Shown: positions 8,782 to 19,881 of the stretch, in pieces
Layout of the letters: each line of letters begins with the position of its first letter
Position numbering within the stretch: the stretch's first letter is position 1
From: Sediminibacterium sp.
GTDB taxonomy: Bacteria > Bacteroidota > Bacteroidia > Chitinophagales > Chitinophagaceae
Direction of reading: 5' to 3'
Length of the DNA stretch: 64,000 nucleotides
Assembly: GCA_046079965.1 (NCBI GenBank)
Contig: JBJTTC010000066.1
Location: 7,524 to 71,523 of the forward strand
Program-made: the position numbers and the translations under genes
The notes under the pieces: generated by a model
Seen by the model: only the letters and a program-made list of their open reading frames with translations
Told to the model about the DNA's origin: nothing
Databases searched by the model: none

Positions 8782-9357
8782 ATGAGCCTGAACAAAACAC
8801 AGCGCCTTTTACTCCTTGCTTCTGTCTGTTGGTTTTTTGGAGAAGGATTGTTGGGTCCGCTTTTCACCGTATTTGCAGAAAGGGTTGGAGGCGACTTGCT
8901 GGACATAACCTATGCCTGGGCATTGTTTTTAATTACTTCGGGTATTTTATATATTTTCTTCGGTAAATTATTTAGTCATTCTAACAGAAAAAAAGAATTA
9001 CTTGTTTTGGGATATGCCTTGAATACGGTATTCACTTTTGGTTATTTGTTGGTACACAATAGTACACAGTTATTCATCTTACAAATTTTACTGGCCATTG
9101 CCGAAGCCATTTGTACTCCTTTATGGGATGCGATCTTCGCAAAGGAACTGGATGAAAAAGATGATGTTTTCTTTTGGAGTGTCGCCGGAGGACATACCCA
9201 TCTGGTTTCGGGTATTGCCATCGCCATAGGAGGTCTCATTGCTTATTATTTTTCATTCGAAATGCTTTTCATTTTGATGGGGATTATCCAAGCGATTGCC
9301 ACCTTCATTCAATGGCGCTTGTTGTATATTGGATCGGTACCGACTACAAAAGTATAA
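8782..9357 (+). CDS. 6-TM membrane protein resembling a single (N-) domain of an MFS transporter
   Basis: 191 aa with six hydrophobic segments. The loop after TM2, FFGKLFSHSNRKKELLVLGY, resembles MFS motif A (G-x-L-x-D-x-x-G-R-K). No second 6-TM half is encoded downstream in any frame. Confidence 0.6.
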   Translation: MSLNKTQRLLLLASVCWFFGEGLLGPLFTVFAERVGGDLLDITYAWALFLITSGILYIFFGKLFSHSNRKKELLVLGYALNTVFTFGYLLVHNSTQLFILQILLAIAEAICTPLWDAIFAKELDEKDDVFFWSVAGGHTHLVSGIAIAIGGLIAYYFSFEMLFILMGIIQAIATFIQWRLLYIGSVPTTKV

Positions 9358-9395
9358 TTCTGCCTGATCGACGTAACTTAGCAGAAACCACATCC

Positions 9396-10133
9396 ATGCG
9401 ATTGATTTTGCCGGTGAATGTATTGTTCCTTTTTCTTTTTTCCCTGGTTACACAGGCACAGGATACCTCTTATCAATTCAGAAAGGCAACCCGTGATGGT
9501 ATCGGGAAATATTATATGGGAAGGGAGATTGCAGCTGTGATGGGTGTCGGAGGGAGTTTTTGGCTGGAAAGGGAAAACCGAGACGAAGAAGAGAATACAA
9601 CGCTGGCAATAGAAAGGATGCCAATTCAGGCGAATAGTATTGTTGCCGATGTAGGAGCTGGTAGTGGTTATTATGCATTTCGAATCAGTGAACGGGTTCC
9701 CCGGGGCAAGGTATATGCTTTGGAAATACAAGAGGGAATGTTGGAAATCTTGCACAACAGAAAAAAAATGCTGAAGAATGATCGGGTAGAAGTAAAAGCT
9801 TGCACCCTTCAATCATTGCAATTGCCGGAGGCTTCCGTTGACCTCGCCCTCATGGTAGATGTTTATCATGAGCTGGAATTTCCCAGGGAGATACTGAAAT
9901 CTGTTTATACTTCACTCAGAGAGAAGGGGAAACTGTTGTTGATCGAATTCAGAGGCGAAGATCCGGAAGTTGCCATCAAGCCACTTCATAAAACAACGGT
10001 TGAACAATTGAACCGGGAAATGGGTGCCAATGGGTTTAGGCTAAGCTATCGTGGGGATTTCTTGCAGGTACAGCATTTTCTTGTCTATGAAAAGATCCCT
10101 GATTTTTTTTCTGGTCAGCCAACCCGGCATTGA
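9396..10133 (+). CDS. Class I SAM-dependent methyltransferase with N-terminal signal-peptide-like segment
   Basis: ORF track 9174..10133. I start it at ATG 9396 (MRLILPVNVLFLFLFSLVTQAQD). Motif I is VADVGAGSGYYAF, followed by the acidic motif-II region (VYALEIQ) and LALMVDVYHEL. Confidence 0.82.
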   Translation: MRLILPVNVLFLFLFSLVTQAQDTSYQFRKATRDGIGKYYMGREIAAVMGVGGSFWLERENRDEEENTTLAIERMPIQANSIVADVGAGSGYYAFRISERVPRGKVYALEIQEGMLEILHNRKKMLKNDRVEVKACTLQSLQLPEASVDLALMVDVYHELEFPREILKSVYTSLREKGKLLLIEFRGEDPEVAIKPLHKTTVEQLNREMGANGFRLSYRGDFLQVQHFLVYEKIPDFFSGQPTRH

Positions 10134-10137
10134 TTCT

Positions 10138-10950
10138 ATGATTCCTGTCCGACAATATTTCACCTTCTTTCAACCTAAAAAAGAATTGCTGATTGTTCTG
10201 CTGGTATTTTCATGTACCACCTTGAAAGCTCAGTCAGGTCGAATAAATACTTATAATACTATCGGCTGGTTCAATTATCTGGGGAATTATCGCTTATCTG
10301 ATAAGACATCTGTTCATGCTGAATACCAATGGAGGAGAGCAGGTTTGATAACAGATTGGCAACAAAGTTTATTGCGGGTAGGCATCAATTATCACCTGAA
10401 GCCATCTACCCTTTTTCGGGTGGGATATGCATGGGCTGAAACTTTTCCTTATGGAGATATTCCACTGAATACATTTGGTAAAACCTTCACTGAACACAGG
10501 TTGTATGAGATGCTACAATTATCGCAATCTGAAGGAAGGTTCGATTTTATACACCGGCTTATGCTTGAGCAAAGATGGATCGGAAAATTTAGTTCAGCAT
10601 CTTTAGAGAAGGAAGATGATTTTGTTTTTACCAACAGGATGCGCTATATGTTCAGAACAGTATATCGGTTGCAAAAAGATGCACGTAAGTATCCTGTTCC
10701 TTATTTCGCAGCTTATGATGAAATACTGATTGGGTTTGGTAAAAATGTAGTGGTGAACATTTTTGATCAGAATCGCTTGGGGTGTTTGGTGGGAGTGAAA
10801 CTTAGTTCAAGTTGGTCATTGGAAGGAGGGTATTTCAATCAGATAGTACAATTTTCCAGATTAGTAGGTGGCCAATCTGTTTTACAATACAACCGGGGCA
10901 TTATTTTGAATGCCTGGCATTCAGTTGATTGGCGAAGGAAGAAAAAATAA
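10138..10950 (+). CDS. DUF2490 domain-containing protein (predicted outer-membrane beta-barrel)
   Basis: ORF track 10051..10950. I start it at ATG 10138 (MIPVRQYF...LLVFSCTTLKAQS signal peptide). The alternating beta-strand pattern (WFNYLGNYRLSDKTSVHAEYQWRR, LLRVGINYHL) is typical of DUF2490. Confidence 0.7.
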   Translation: MIPVRQYFTFFQPKKELLIVLLVFSCTTLKAQSGRINTYNTIGWFNYLGNYRLSDKTSVHAEYQWRRAGLITDWQQSLLRVGINYHLKPSTLFRVGYAWAETFPYGDIPLNTFGKTFTEHRLYEMLQLSQSEGRFDFIHRLMLEQRWIGKFSSASLEKEDDFVFTNRMRYMFRTVYRLQKDARKYPVPYFAAYDEILIGFGKNVVVNIFDQNRLGCLVGVKLSSSWSLEGGYFNQIVQFSRLVGGQSVLQYNRGIILNAWHSVDWRRKKK

Positions 10951-10980
10951 AAGCCATTCTTTTTCAGCCAATTTTTTCGA

Positions 10981-11943
10981 CTATTTTCTAGCCATAACTT
11001 TTTCTGCAGCAGCAACAATATAAGGGGTATCCAGTCCGTATTTTATCAACAGATCCGTTGGTTTACCACTTTCCCCGAAAGTATCATTGGTACCGATGAA
11101 TTCGATTGGCACAGGGTGATTGCGTGCGGCGGTTTGTGCAACAGAATCTCCCATGCCGCCTATGATGTTGTGTTCTTCAACTGTAACGGCACAACCTGTT
11201 TTTTGAATGGAGGCAATGATAGCTGCTGTATCCAGGGGCTTGATGGTGTGCAGGTTGATTAATTCTACACCAAAGCCCTTTTCTTCCAGCAATCGACCAG
11301 CTTCAATTGCTTTCCATACCATGTGGCCGCAGGCAAAAATGGAAACATCTTTTCCTTCACTCAACACCTGTGCTTTACCAATTACGAAGTCCTCCCCGGT
11401 TTCACTGGTGAAATTGGGCCATTTGGGTCTTCCAAATCGGAGATAGACCGGACCGGCATAATCAGCGATTTTACGGGTGGCTGCTTTTGTTTGATTGAAA
11501 TCACAGGGAACAATAACCGTCATGCCTGGCAGCATCTTCATTAAACCGATGTCTTCCAATATTTGGTGGGTTGCTCCATCTTCGCCCAATGTTAGTCCGG
11601 CATGTGACGCACAAATTTTTACATTTTTATCGCTGTAAGCAATGCTCTGGCGAATCTGGTCGTACACTCTTCCTGTACTGAAATTGGCGAAAGTGGTTGT
11701 ATAGGGAATCTTCCCCCCAATGGTTAGGCCTGCAGCCATTCCCATCATATTTGCTTCTGCTATGCCACATTGAAAAAATCTTTCAGGAAAATCTTTCATG
11801 AAGGGTCCCAGCTTCAAAGAGCCTGCCAGATCAGCGGTAAGAACTACAACCTGGTCATTTGCCTTGCCAGCCTCATAAATTCCCTCACCAAAACCGGCGC
11901 GGGTTTCTTTTTCATTGAGTACCTGAATTTCTTTTAATGACAT
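10981..11943 (-). CDS. Transketolase, C-terminal subunit (pyrimidine-binding + C-terminal domains)
   Basis: 320 aa with motifs FGEGIYEAGKAN, FFQCGIAEANMMGMAAGL, HAGLTLGEDGATHQ and EEHNIIGGMGDSVA. This is the 'B' half of split transketolase. No N-terminal (TPP-binding) subunit gene is adjacent. Confidence 0.9.
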   Translation of the reverse strand: MSLKEIQVLNEKETRAGFGEGIYEAGKANDQVVVLTADLAGSLKLGPFMKDFPERFFQCGIAEANMMGMAAGLTIGGKIPYTTTFANFSTGRVYDQIRQSIAYSDKNVKICASHAGLTLGEDGATHQILEDIGLMKMLPGMTVIVPCDFNQTKAATRKIADYAGPVYLRFGRPKWPNFTSETGEDFVIGKAQVLSEGKDVSIFACGHMVWKAIEAGRLLEEKGFGVELINLHTIKPLDTAAIIASIQKTGCAVTVEEHNIIGGMGDSVAQTAARNHPVPIEFIGTNDTFGESGKPTDLLIKYGLDTPYIVAAAEKVMARK

Positions 11944-12022
11944 TTGGCTGATTTATCGGGTTAAATAGATGGTGAGAAAAAGAGTTTATGGTGAGGATGA
12001 TTTTGGTCTCGTTGTACTGGTA

Positions 12023-13687
<1,665 letters not shown>

Positions 13688-13802
13688 ATGTAAGAAGCTG
13701 CTGCCAATCTATCCTTGATTTTTGTTCGACTTACCGGGGTTTTCAACAAAATAAGGAGAGGAATGTTATTTAACCTTACATCATTCATTTTAAACTGATT
13801 TT

Positions 13803-14273
13803 ATGGCCGAATTAAAAGAGGGAAGCAAGGCCCCGGCATTCAAAGCGGTGGACCAAAACGGGCAGACCATTTCATTGTCTGACTTCAAAGGCAAGAAGGT
13901 AATTCTTTATTTCTATCCCAAAGATGATACACCGGGTTGTACGGCACAGGCATGCAACCTAAGGGATAATTACAAGGCTTTGCTGAAAAAGGGGTACCAG
14001 GTAATTGGTGTGAGCACCGATGATGTGAAAAGCCACAAGAAGTTTGAAACCAAATATGATCTTCCTTTCCCACTAGTTTCCGATGCAGACAAAGCCATCG
14101 TGAACAAATACCAGTTATGGGGTGAAAAAAAGTTCATGGGCAGAACTTATATGGGAACAACCCGTACAACATTTTTAATTGATGAAAACGGCAAAATTGT
14201 AAAAATCATTAATAAACCAGATACCGCCAATCATACAGAGGAGGTGCTGGCTGCCTGGTCTGAGAAGAAATAA
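13803..14273 (+). CDS. bcp: Thioredoxin-dependent thiol peroxidase (peroxiredoxin Bcp)
   Basis: 156 aa. FYPKDDTPGCTAQAC is the Bcp/PrxQ active-site motif. Confidence 0.93.
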   Translation: MAELKEGSKAPAFKAVDQNGQTISLSDFKGKKVILYFYPKDDTPGCTAQACNLRDNYKALLKKGYQVIGVSTDDVKSHKKFETKYDLPFPLVSDADKAIVNKYQLWGEKKFMGRTYMGTTRTTFLIDENGKIVKIINKPDTANHTEEVLAAWSEKK

Positions 14274-14293
14274 ATTTACTACATCGAGAGCAT

Positions 14294-14327
14294 AAAAAAA
14301 GAGCAACTACTGAGCTGCTCTTTTTTT
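14294..14327. terminator. Bidirectional rho-independent terminator between convergent bcp and ompA-like genes
   Basis: AAAAAAAGAGCA-actactgagc-TGCTCTTTTTTT: a perfect stem flanked by an A-run and a T-run. Confidence 0.75.
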
Positions 14328-14350
14328 ATTGAGTAAGTACAATCAGGTAA

Positions 14351-15259
14351 TTATTTCTTTGTTTCGAGCAATTTGAAGAATTGGTCTAGCTGGGGCAGAA
14401 TTACGATGCGGGTGCGGCGATTCGCAGCGCGACCTTCAGCACTGGTATTGTCCATCAATGGCAAGTATTCACCCCTTCCGGCAGCAGTCATGCGCTTAGG
14501 ATCGAGGCCATAACTTTCCTGCAATAACCTTACTACAGTTGTTGCCCTTTTCACACTCAGGTCCCAATTGTCTTGTATTCCCTGGCTGCTGATGGGAACG
14601 CTATCGGTATGGCCTTCTACCATGAATTCGATTTCAGGTTGAGCATTGAGTACTTTGGCAACTTTTCCAAGTACTTCTTTGGCACGATCAGTGATGGAAT
14701 AACTTCCGCTCTTGAAGAGCAACTTATCAGAAATGTCAACATACACAACACCTTTGTCAACCTTGATGTTGATGTCTTTGTCATCCAGGTTTCCGATGGC
14801 GCCCTTTAAGTTCATTACCAGTGCCATGTTCAGCGAATCTTTTCTGGCAATAGATCCTTGAAGATCTCTGATATAAATGTCTTTGAAACCTATGTTCTCC
14901 AGTGATTTTTTAATGCTTTCAGCCTGTGAACCTGTAACAACAGAAAGATCTTTCAGCTGATTCAAAACGGTATTGTTGTTATCGCGCAGGTAGTCAATCT
15001 GTTTGTTGAGATCAGCAATTTGTCCTTCAAGAATGGCCTTCTTGCTGTTCAAATCTTTTACTTGTCCCTCAGATTTTTCGATGGCGAAATTGCATTTTTT
15101 TAGTTCATCCTGCAGATCACGGTATTTTGCCTGCATGGCCAAATAGTCTCCGCTCAGTTGGGCATATTTCGCTTTTTCAGCTTCAAAAGTTTTGGTGCTT
15201 ACACAGGAGGTACCGAAAAGAGCAATCAATGCTACTAGTAAAATATTTCTTTGTTTCAT
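14351..15259 (-). CDS. OmpA-family lipoprotein with N-terminal coiled coil
   Basis: ORF track 14351..15364. I start it at ATG 15259 (MKQRNILLVALIALFGTSC is lipobox-like). It has a long heptad-like region, then the OmpA_C motif (VEGHTDSVP...NWDLSVKRATTVVRLL...GRAANRRTRIVI). Confidence 0.85.
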   Translation of the reverse strand: MKQRNILLVALIALFGTSCVSTKTFEAEKAKYAQLSGDYLAMQAKYRDLQDELKKCNFAIEKSEGQVKDLNSKKAILEGQIADLNKQIDYLRDNNNTVLNQLKDLSVVTGSQAESIKKSLENIGFKDIYIRDLQGSIARKDSLNMALVMNLKGAIGNLDDKDINIKVDKGVVYVDISDKLLFKSGSYSITDRAKEVLGKVAKVLNAQPEIEFMVEGHTDSVPISSQGIQDNWDLSVKRATTVVRLLQESYGLDPKRMTAAGRGEYLPLMDNTSAEGRAANRRTRIVILPQLDQFFKLLETKK

Positions 15260-15412
15260 GGGCTTAGAATTGGGTTCAAAATTACTGAAAATTGCAGAAT
15301 TCATGCCAAATGCGATTTCCCCCTGACATTTTATCATTTCATTAAGAGGCGGCTGCCGTTTCATGGAATGATAATAAGTTCATCCTGTTGTTTTGTAATT
15401 GGCTGCAGGTAT

Positions 15413-17062
15413 TCATTCTGCCCAGATCACTTGTTTGTCTTCCTGGCTCCAGGGAAGATACTGGTCGCCGAAGGATGCATCTACTGCTTTTCTTTTTATT
15501 TTCAGCGTAGGTGTCAGCAAACCGTTGGCGATTGTCCACTCTTCACCCACCACAATTACTTTCGATAACCTTTCATGGTGCTCTAGTTGTTTGTTGGTCT
15601 CTTCCAGCAACTGTTGCAGTGCAGAGGTTTTTTGTTCTTCGGGGTCAGATTTTAACGATTCTGCCAGGGTGCAGATGACCATTGCATTTGGCAGTCCGGA
15701 ACCAATCACACAAACCTGTGAGAGCATTCCCGCCTGAAGCAACTTTGACTCAATTACAGCAGGCATTACATATTTTCCTTTGCTGGTTTTGAATTGATCT
15801 TTAATTCTGCCGGTGATGGTAAGGAACCCTTCCGCATCTATTGAACCTTCATCTCCTGTTTTGAGGTAGCCATCTTCAAAAGATTCGGCGGTCATTTCAG
15901 GTTCTTTAAAATAACCCAGCATAGAGGCTTCACTTTTTACCTGCACTTCATTGTCTTTTCCCAATCGAACAACAACACCCGGATAGGAGGTGCCTACCGT
16001 TCCGAATTTTACAGCCTCCTTTCTGTTGGAATGAGACAAGGCAAGGTTTTCTGTCATGCCATACGCTTCTTGAATTACAATGCCTAGCCGCTGAAACCAA
16101 AACAACAAGGCCGGATTAATGGGTGATGCGCCGGTAAAAGCGTGTTTATAGCGTGACAGACCGAGTTTTTTTCGGATGCCCGCTTTAATAACAGACGAGA
16201 CAATAGGAATTGATAATAGGCGGTTTAGTTTTTGTTGAGGTATTTTTTTCAAAACCCCCTCCTGTAATTTTTCCCAGATGCGGGGAACCGCCAGAAAGAC
16301 GGTTGGTTGTGTATGTGCCAGATTGGTAGCGAAGGTATCCATCGATTCCACAAAATAAATTTTGCTTCCGGTAAAAATGGCACCACATTCTACCAGCATT
16401 CTTTCTGCAACATGGCAAAGAGGGAGGTAGGAAAAAAAAGTTTCTTTTTTCAAGTGGGCATAGCTTTGCAGGAAAGCATCCACTGCAAATGCAGTAGCTG
16501 CATGGTTGTGCATTACACCCTTGGGTTGGCCGGTTGTGCCGGAAGTATAGACGATGCTGGCCAGTGAATCCGGATCTACTTCCGGTTCGCCTTCCAAAGG
16601 GGCATGGCCCGCTACCAGATCATTCCAATTCAGGCAACCTTCATTGGGATAAAAGGGGAATGTAATTTGAATGAGGTTTTCAGGTACGCCTTTTCTCAGT
16701 TCGGATGGCTGATCGAGTTTTCCAATAAAAATCGCCCTCGTCTCACTATGATTTATGATTTCTCTTACAGCATCAGGTGTGATATTGGGATACAATGGTA
16801 CACCGATACAACCTGCCAGGGTGATCGCCAGATCGGACATTACCCAATGGGCACAGTTTTTACTCAGGATGGCTACCTTGTCTCCTTTGCCCAATCCCAT
16901 GGACCTGAGGGCAGCTGCCATGCTTCTGATTTCCCGGCCGGCCTGCTGCCAGGTGAATTCTTTGTAAACACCCTGAACAGGTTCCGATAAAAATAAGTCT
17001 TGTGGTTGTGCTGCCTCGTACTGACAAAATTTTTCTATGAGCAGCGGAAGTCGCTTTTGCAT
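15413..17062 (-). CDS. Long-chain-fatty-acid--CoA ligase (AMP-forming acyl-CoA synthetase)
   Basis: AMP-binding motif IVYTSGTTGQPKGVMHNH, plus YGMTE, GYLKTGDEG and PTLKIKRK. Start chosen at ATG 17062 to avoid overlap with the upstream plsC-like gene. Confidence 0.9.
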   Translation of the reverse strand: MQKRLPLLIEKFCQYEAAQPQDLFLSEPVQGVYKEFTWQQAGREIRSMAAALRSMGLGKGDKVAILSKNCAHWVMSDLAITLAGCIGVPLYPNITPDAVREIINHSETRAIFIGKLDQPSELRKGVPENLIQITFPFYPNEGCLNWNDLVAGHAPLEGEPEVDPDSLASIVYTSGTTGQPKGVMHNHAATAFAVDAFLQSYAHLKKETFFSYLPLCHVAERMLVECGAIFTGSKIYFVESMDTFATNLAHTQPTVFLAVPRIWEKLQEGVLKKIPQQKLNRLLSIPIVSSVIKAGIRKKLGLSRYKHAFTGASPINPALLFWFQRLGIVIQEAYGMTENLALSHSNRKEAVKFGTVGTSYPGVVVRLGKDNEVQVKSEASMLGYFKEPEMTAESFEDGYLKTGDEGSIDAEGFLTITGRIKDQFKTSKGKYVMPAVIESKLLQAGMLSQVCVIGSGLPNAMVICTLAESLKSDPEEQKTSALQQLLEETNKQLEHHERLSKVIVVGEEWTIANGLLTPTLKIKRKAVDASFGDQYLPWSQEDKQVIWAE

Positions 17063-17073
17063 GAGAAATAATT

Positions 17074-17712
17074 TTAAGGATGTAATAAATGTTTCACGTC
17101 CCAACCGGGATTTTTTCCTTGCATTCTGCCAAAAAATTGAATGATCTTCTGAAAATCAGCTTCTGTATGGTTGGTGGTATCAAAAGGTTCTGCGATGGCT
17201 ACTTCTTTTCTTCCAAAATCAAACCCCACCATAACCAGTGGTACTTGTGCCTGGTGGGCAATGTGATAGAAACCTGTTTTGAGTCTTTCCACTCTTTTTC
17301 GGGTTCCCTCAGGTGAAAGCACCAATGAAAAAGACTCAGCAGCATTGAAGCGTTCAACCACCTGATCTACCAGGTTGTGTGCCGAAGAGCGATCAACCGG
17401 AATTCCTCCCAGCCAGCGAAAGAAAAACCCAAAAGGGCCATCAAATAATTCCTTTTTACCGAGAAAACGAACGTGGCCCAGGCGTAGCTTCGATCGAACC
17501 GCCAACCCCAATACAAAATCCCATGCACTCGTATGGGGTGCTACAATGATGACCAGTTTTTTCAGGTGATAAGGGTATTGTCCACGTATTTTCCACCCTG
17601 TGATCCATAACAGGAAAGTCCATATCAATCGCATAAGGCAAGCCGGGTTCTTTACAACAAGATAACAAATCCGTGTGATAATCAGACAAATGGGCTCATT
17701 AAAGCGACCCAC
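17074..17712 (-). CDS. 1-acyl-sn-glycerol-3-phosphate acyltransferase family protein (PlsC-like)
   Basis: HXXXXD motif (APHTSAWDF) and LSPEGTR motif. The GTG start at 17712 comes from the ORF track; the internal ATG at 17634 is an alternative. Confidence 0.8.
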   Translation of the reverse strand: MGRFNEPICLIITRICYLVVKNPACLMRLIWTFLLWITGWKIRGQYPYHLKKLVIIVAPHTSAWDFVLGLAVRSKLRLGHVRFLGKKELFDGPFGFFFRWLGGIPVDRSSAHNLVDQVVERFNAAESFSLVLSPEGTRKRVERLKTGFYHIAHQAQVPLVMVGFDFGRKEVAIAEPFDTTNHTEADFQKIIQFFGRMQGKNPGWDVKHLLHP

Positions 17713-17748
17713 ACCCGTGAATGTTGAAGTTTACGTGTTTAAAAAAAG

Positions 17749-17769
17749 CATTCAACTCAACGTTGAATG
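17749..17769. promoter_or_regulatory. Perfect 8-5-8 inverted repeat CATTCAAC-tcaac-GTTGAATG (candidate operator or RNA hairpin)
   Basis: It lies in the divergent spacer between plsC-like (-) and the hypothetical/pxp operon (+), 47 nt upstream of the 17816 ATG. A related half-site, GAATGTTGAAG, lies about 25 nt further upstream. Confidence 0.35.
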
Positions 17770-17815
17770 AGCAATTTTCTTATTTCCAACAGCGTTTAAG
17801 TAATAAAATAAACTT

Positions 17816-18283
17816 ATGCCTTCACTCCGTTCGTTGGTTGGCTCCGAACTGATGCTGGTAAAGCAACACATAGCTGGCATCCGGCAGATCGTACCCAATC
17901 AAATACACTTAACAGCTGCTGAAAGAAGAAGCCTGTTCAAGCTAAATGCCAAGCGGCAGGAGTTTGTACAAAAGTCATTTAACTATATGCGGCAACATTC
18001 TTCGGAATTACCTTCTTTTATTGACATGGCTGCCTGCAACAACGACTTGCATTTGTATCATCAATGTGCTGAGGTGATCAAGGAATTGGAGCAACTACAG
18101 GAAAAACTGGAAGATGCCAGGGTTTTTCTGGGAAACCGCATCATGAAGCAAACCCGGGGATTTTTTATTCATGCAAGAGGGGCTGCTGAAGCGGGTCACA
18201 AAGAATTTCAAAAAGTGTATGACGATCTCAAGCCTCATTATGCTGTAGGAAGAAATGCTGCTATCCGAAGAACAAAAAAATAA
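17816..18283 (+). CDS. Conserved hypothetical protein
   Basis: 155 aa, helical, no TM. The segment LTAAERRSLFKLNAKRQEFVQKSFNYMRQH...LEQLQEKLEDA resembles a recurrent Bacteroidota hypothetical family (L-[ST]-x-x-E-R...K-x-x-x-K...F-V), recalled from memory only. It is the first gene of a co-directional cluster. Confidence 0.55.
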   Translation: MPSLRSLVGSELMLVKQHIAGIRQIVPNQIHLTAAERRSLFKLNAKRQEFVQKSFNYMRQHSSELPSFIDMAACNNDLHLYHQCAEVIKELEQLQEKLEDARVFLGNRIMKQTRGFFIHARGAAEAGHKEFQKVYDDLKPHYAVGRNAAIRRTKK

Positions 18284-18287
18284 CAAG

Positions 18288-19133
18288 ATGGAAGCGGTTT
18301 GTTTTGCAGGTGATCAATGGGTTCCCCTTCGGGATGCCGGACTGCCACTTTCCGATTTGGGTTTGCGCAGGGGATATGCAGTCTTCGATTTTCTTCGGGT
18401 TACTGCAGGCGTCCCTCTTTTCTTGTCTAAGCATGTTGACAGATTTTTTACCAGTGCAGCAGAAATGCGATTGGGCATTCCTTTCAGTCCGGTCGAGATT
18501 CAAAAAATGGTGCATCAAATCATTGACTTCAATCAACTGCAGGATGCCGGCATCCGACTCTTGCTAACCGGGGGCAGTTCGCCTGATGGGGTTCACCTGG
18601 GCATACCCCGTTTATTCATTGTTCATGAGAACCTGGTTCCACCTGCCAATCACTTGCCTGCAGCGGGCTTTCACCTGATAACACATTCTTTTCGGCGTCA
18701 ATTTACAAAAGCAAAGACTACTGATTATGCCATGGAGTTGTGGCTTCGTCCAATGGTGGACAATCTAGGGGCGAATGATGTATTGTATCATCAGGATGGA
18801 TTCATCAGTGAGTGTCCCCGATGTAATTTTTTTGTGGTGAACCGGGCAGGCCAATTGATAACAACGGATAAGCATATTTTACATGGAATTACCAGAGCAA
18901 CCATCTTAGAAATCGCCCGGGAAATAGGCGTGGATGTTGAGTTGCGGGATCTGCATGTAAAGGAAATTCCCCTCCTAAGGGAGGCCTTCATCAGCAGCAC
19001 CACCAAACGAATTATACCGGTTTCCCGTATTGATGATGTGATGGTGCCAATGGATGGAAAGATTACCGATATCTTATATCAACGTTTCCTTCAGAGGGAA
19101 CAAGCTGAAATAACCAATGGATCTGCTATCTGA
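18288..19133 (+). CDS. Aminotransferase class IV (branched-chain / D-amino-acid aminotransferase fold)
   Basis: ORF track 18255..19133. I start it at ATG 18288, just after the upstream stop. RGYAVFDFLRV, the GITRATILEIARE-type motif and EAFISSTTKRIIPV are typical of PLP fold-type IV enzymes. Confidence 0.85.
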   Translation: MEAVCFAGDQWVPLRDAGLPLSDLGLRRGYAVFDFLRVTAGVPLFLSKHVDRFFTSAAEMRLGIPFSPVEIQKMVHQIIDFNQLQDAGIRLLLTGGSSPDGVHLGIPRLFIVHENLVPPANHLPAAGFHLITHSFRRQFTKAKTTDYAMELWLRPMVDNLGANDVLYHQDGFISECPRCNFFVVNRAGQLITTDKHILHGITRATILEIAREIGVDVELRDLHVKEIPLLREAFISSTTKRIIPVSRIDDVMVPMDGKITDILYQRFLQREQAEITNGSAI

Positions 19134-19881
19134 TTCCACTCATATTCTGCGGGTCACTGCGCCCGATGGTTCTGCCGTGCCTATTACAGTTGAATGGCAG
19201 GGAGAAACTGCTTTTACGCTGACAGCACCGGCTGTAATTGATACAGCTATCCATTCATTGATCAGGGATATTTTTCTGCGGCTCAGCAAGGCATCTTTAC
19301 AATATGTTACAGATATTATTCCCGCTTATCATACCCTTACCATTGTATTTGATCCTGCTGCACTCCATCGCCCTATTCCGGGGGATATGAATGGAAACAT
19401 GGTTCTAGATGAAGTGCTTTGCCATTTAGGAGCGGATGATACAACGGAGCAGAAAGAGAAAAGAAGGATACGACTACCCGTATGTTATCATCCATCACTG
19501 GCACCCGATTTGAAGGCTCTTGCCGCAGAACTTCAAATGGATACAGAAGAATTGATCAGCTTGCATTGCAGCCCTACCTATCGGGTTTTCATGTTGGGGT
19601 TTTTACCCGGGTTTGCCTATATGGGACCCGTAGATGCCCGCATCGCAGCGCCCAGACTCGCTCGTCCAAGACAAAAGGTGCCCGCCGGAAGTGTTGGTAT
19701 TGCCGGCTCACAAACGGGGATCTATCCAATTGATTCCCCCGGGGGATGGCAGTTGATAGGAAAAACTCCTTTGCAATTGTTCACTCCCAATTTACTTCCC
19801 CCCTGTTTGCTTCATCCGGGTGATGAGGTAATCATGTATCCAATATCGCTTGATGCGTTTCACCAATGGCCTGTATCATGA
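19117..19881 (+). CDS. pxpB: 5-oxoprolinase subunit PxpB (allophanate hydrolase subunit 1 / KipI family)
   Basis: YRVFMLGFLPGFAYMG, AGSVGIAGSQTGIYPIDSPGGWQLIG. It overlaps the upstream gene by 17 nt. Confidence 0.88.
   Translation: MDLLSDSTHILRVTAPDGSAVPITVEWQGETAFTLTAPAVIDTAIHSLIRDIFLRLSKASLQYVTDIIPAYHTLTIVFDPAALHRPIPGDMNGNMVLDEVLCHLGADDTTEQKEKRRIRLPVCYHPSLAPDLKALAAELQMDTEELISLHCSPTYRVFMLGFLPGFAYMGPVDARIAAPRLARPRQKVPAGSVGIAGSQTGIYPIDSPGGWQLIGKTPLQLFTPNLLPPCLLHPGDEVIMYPISLDAFHQWPVS

Noticed and set aside
9174-9395. Long N-terminal extensions suggested by the ORF track (also 10051-10137, 20794-20874, 21506-21589, 57147-57251, 60334-60423, 50575-50625, 1243-1299, 15260-15364)
   Set aside because: The extensions overlap upstream genes or the tRNA and translate to non-homologous sequence. 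Internal ATGs give canonical N-termini or signal peptides, so I used those.
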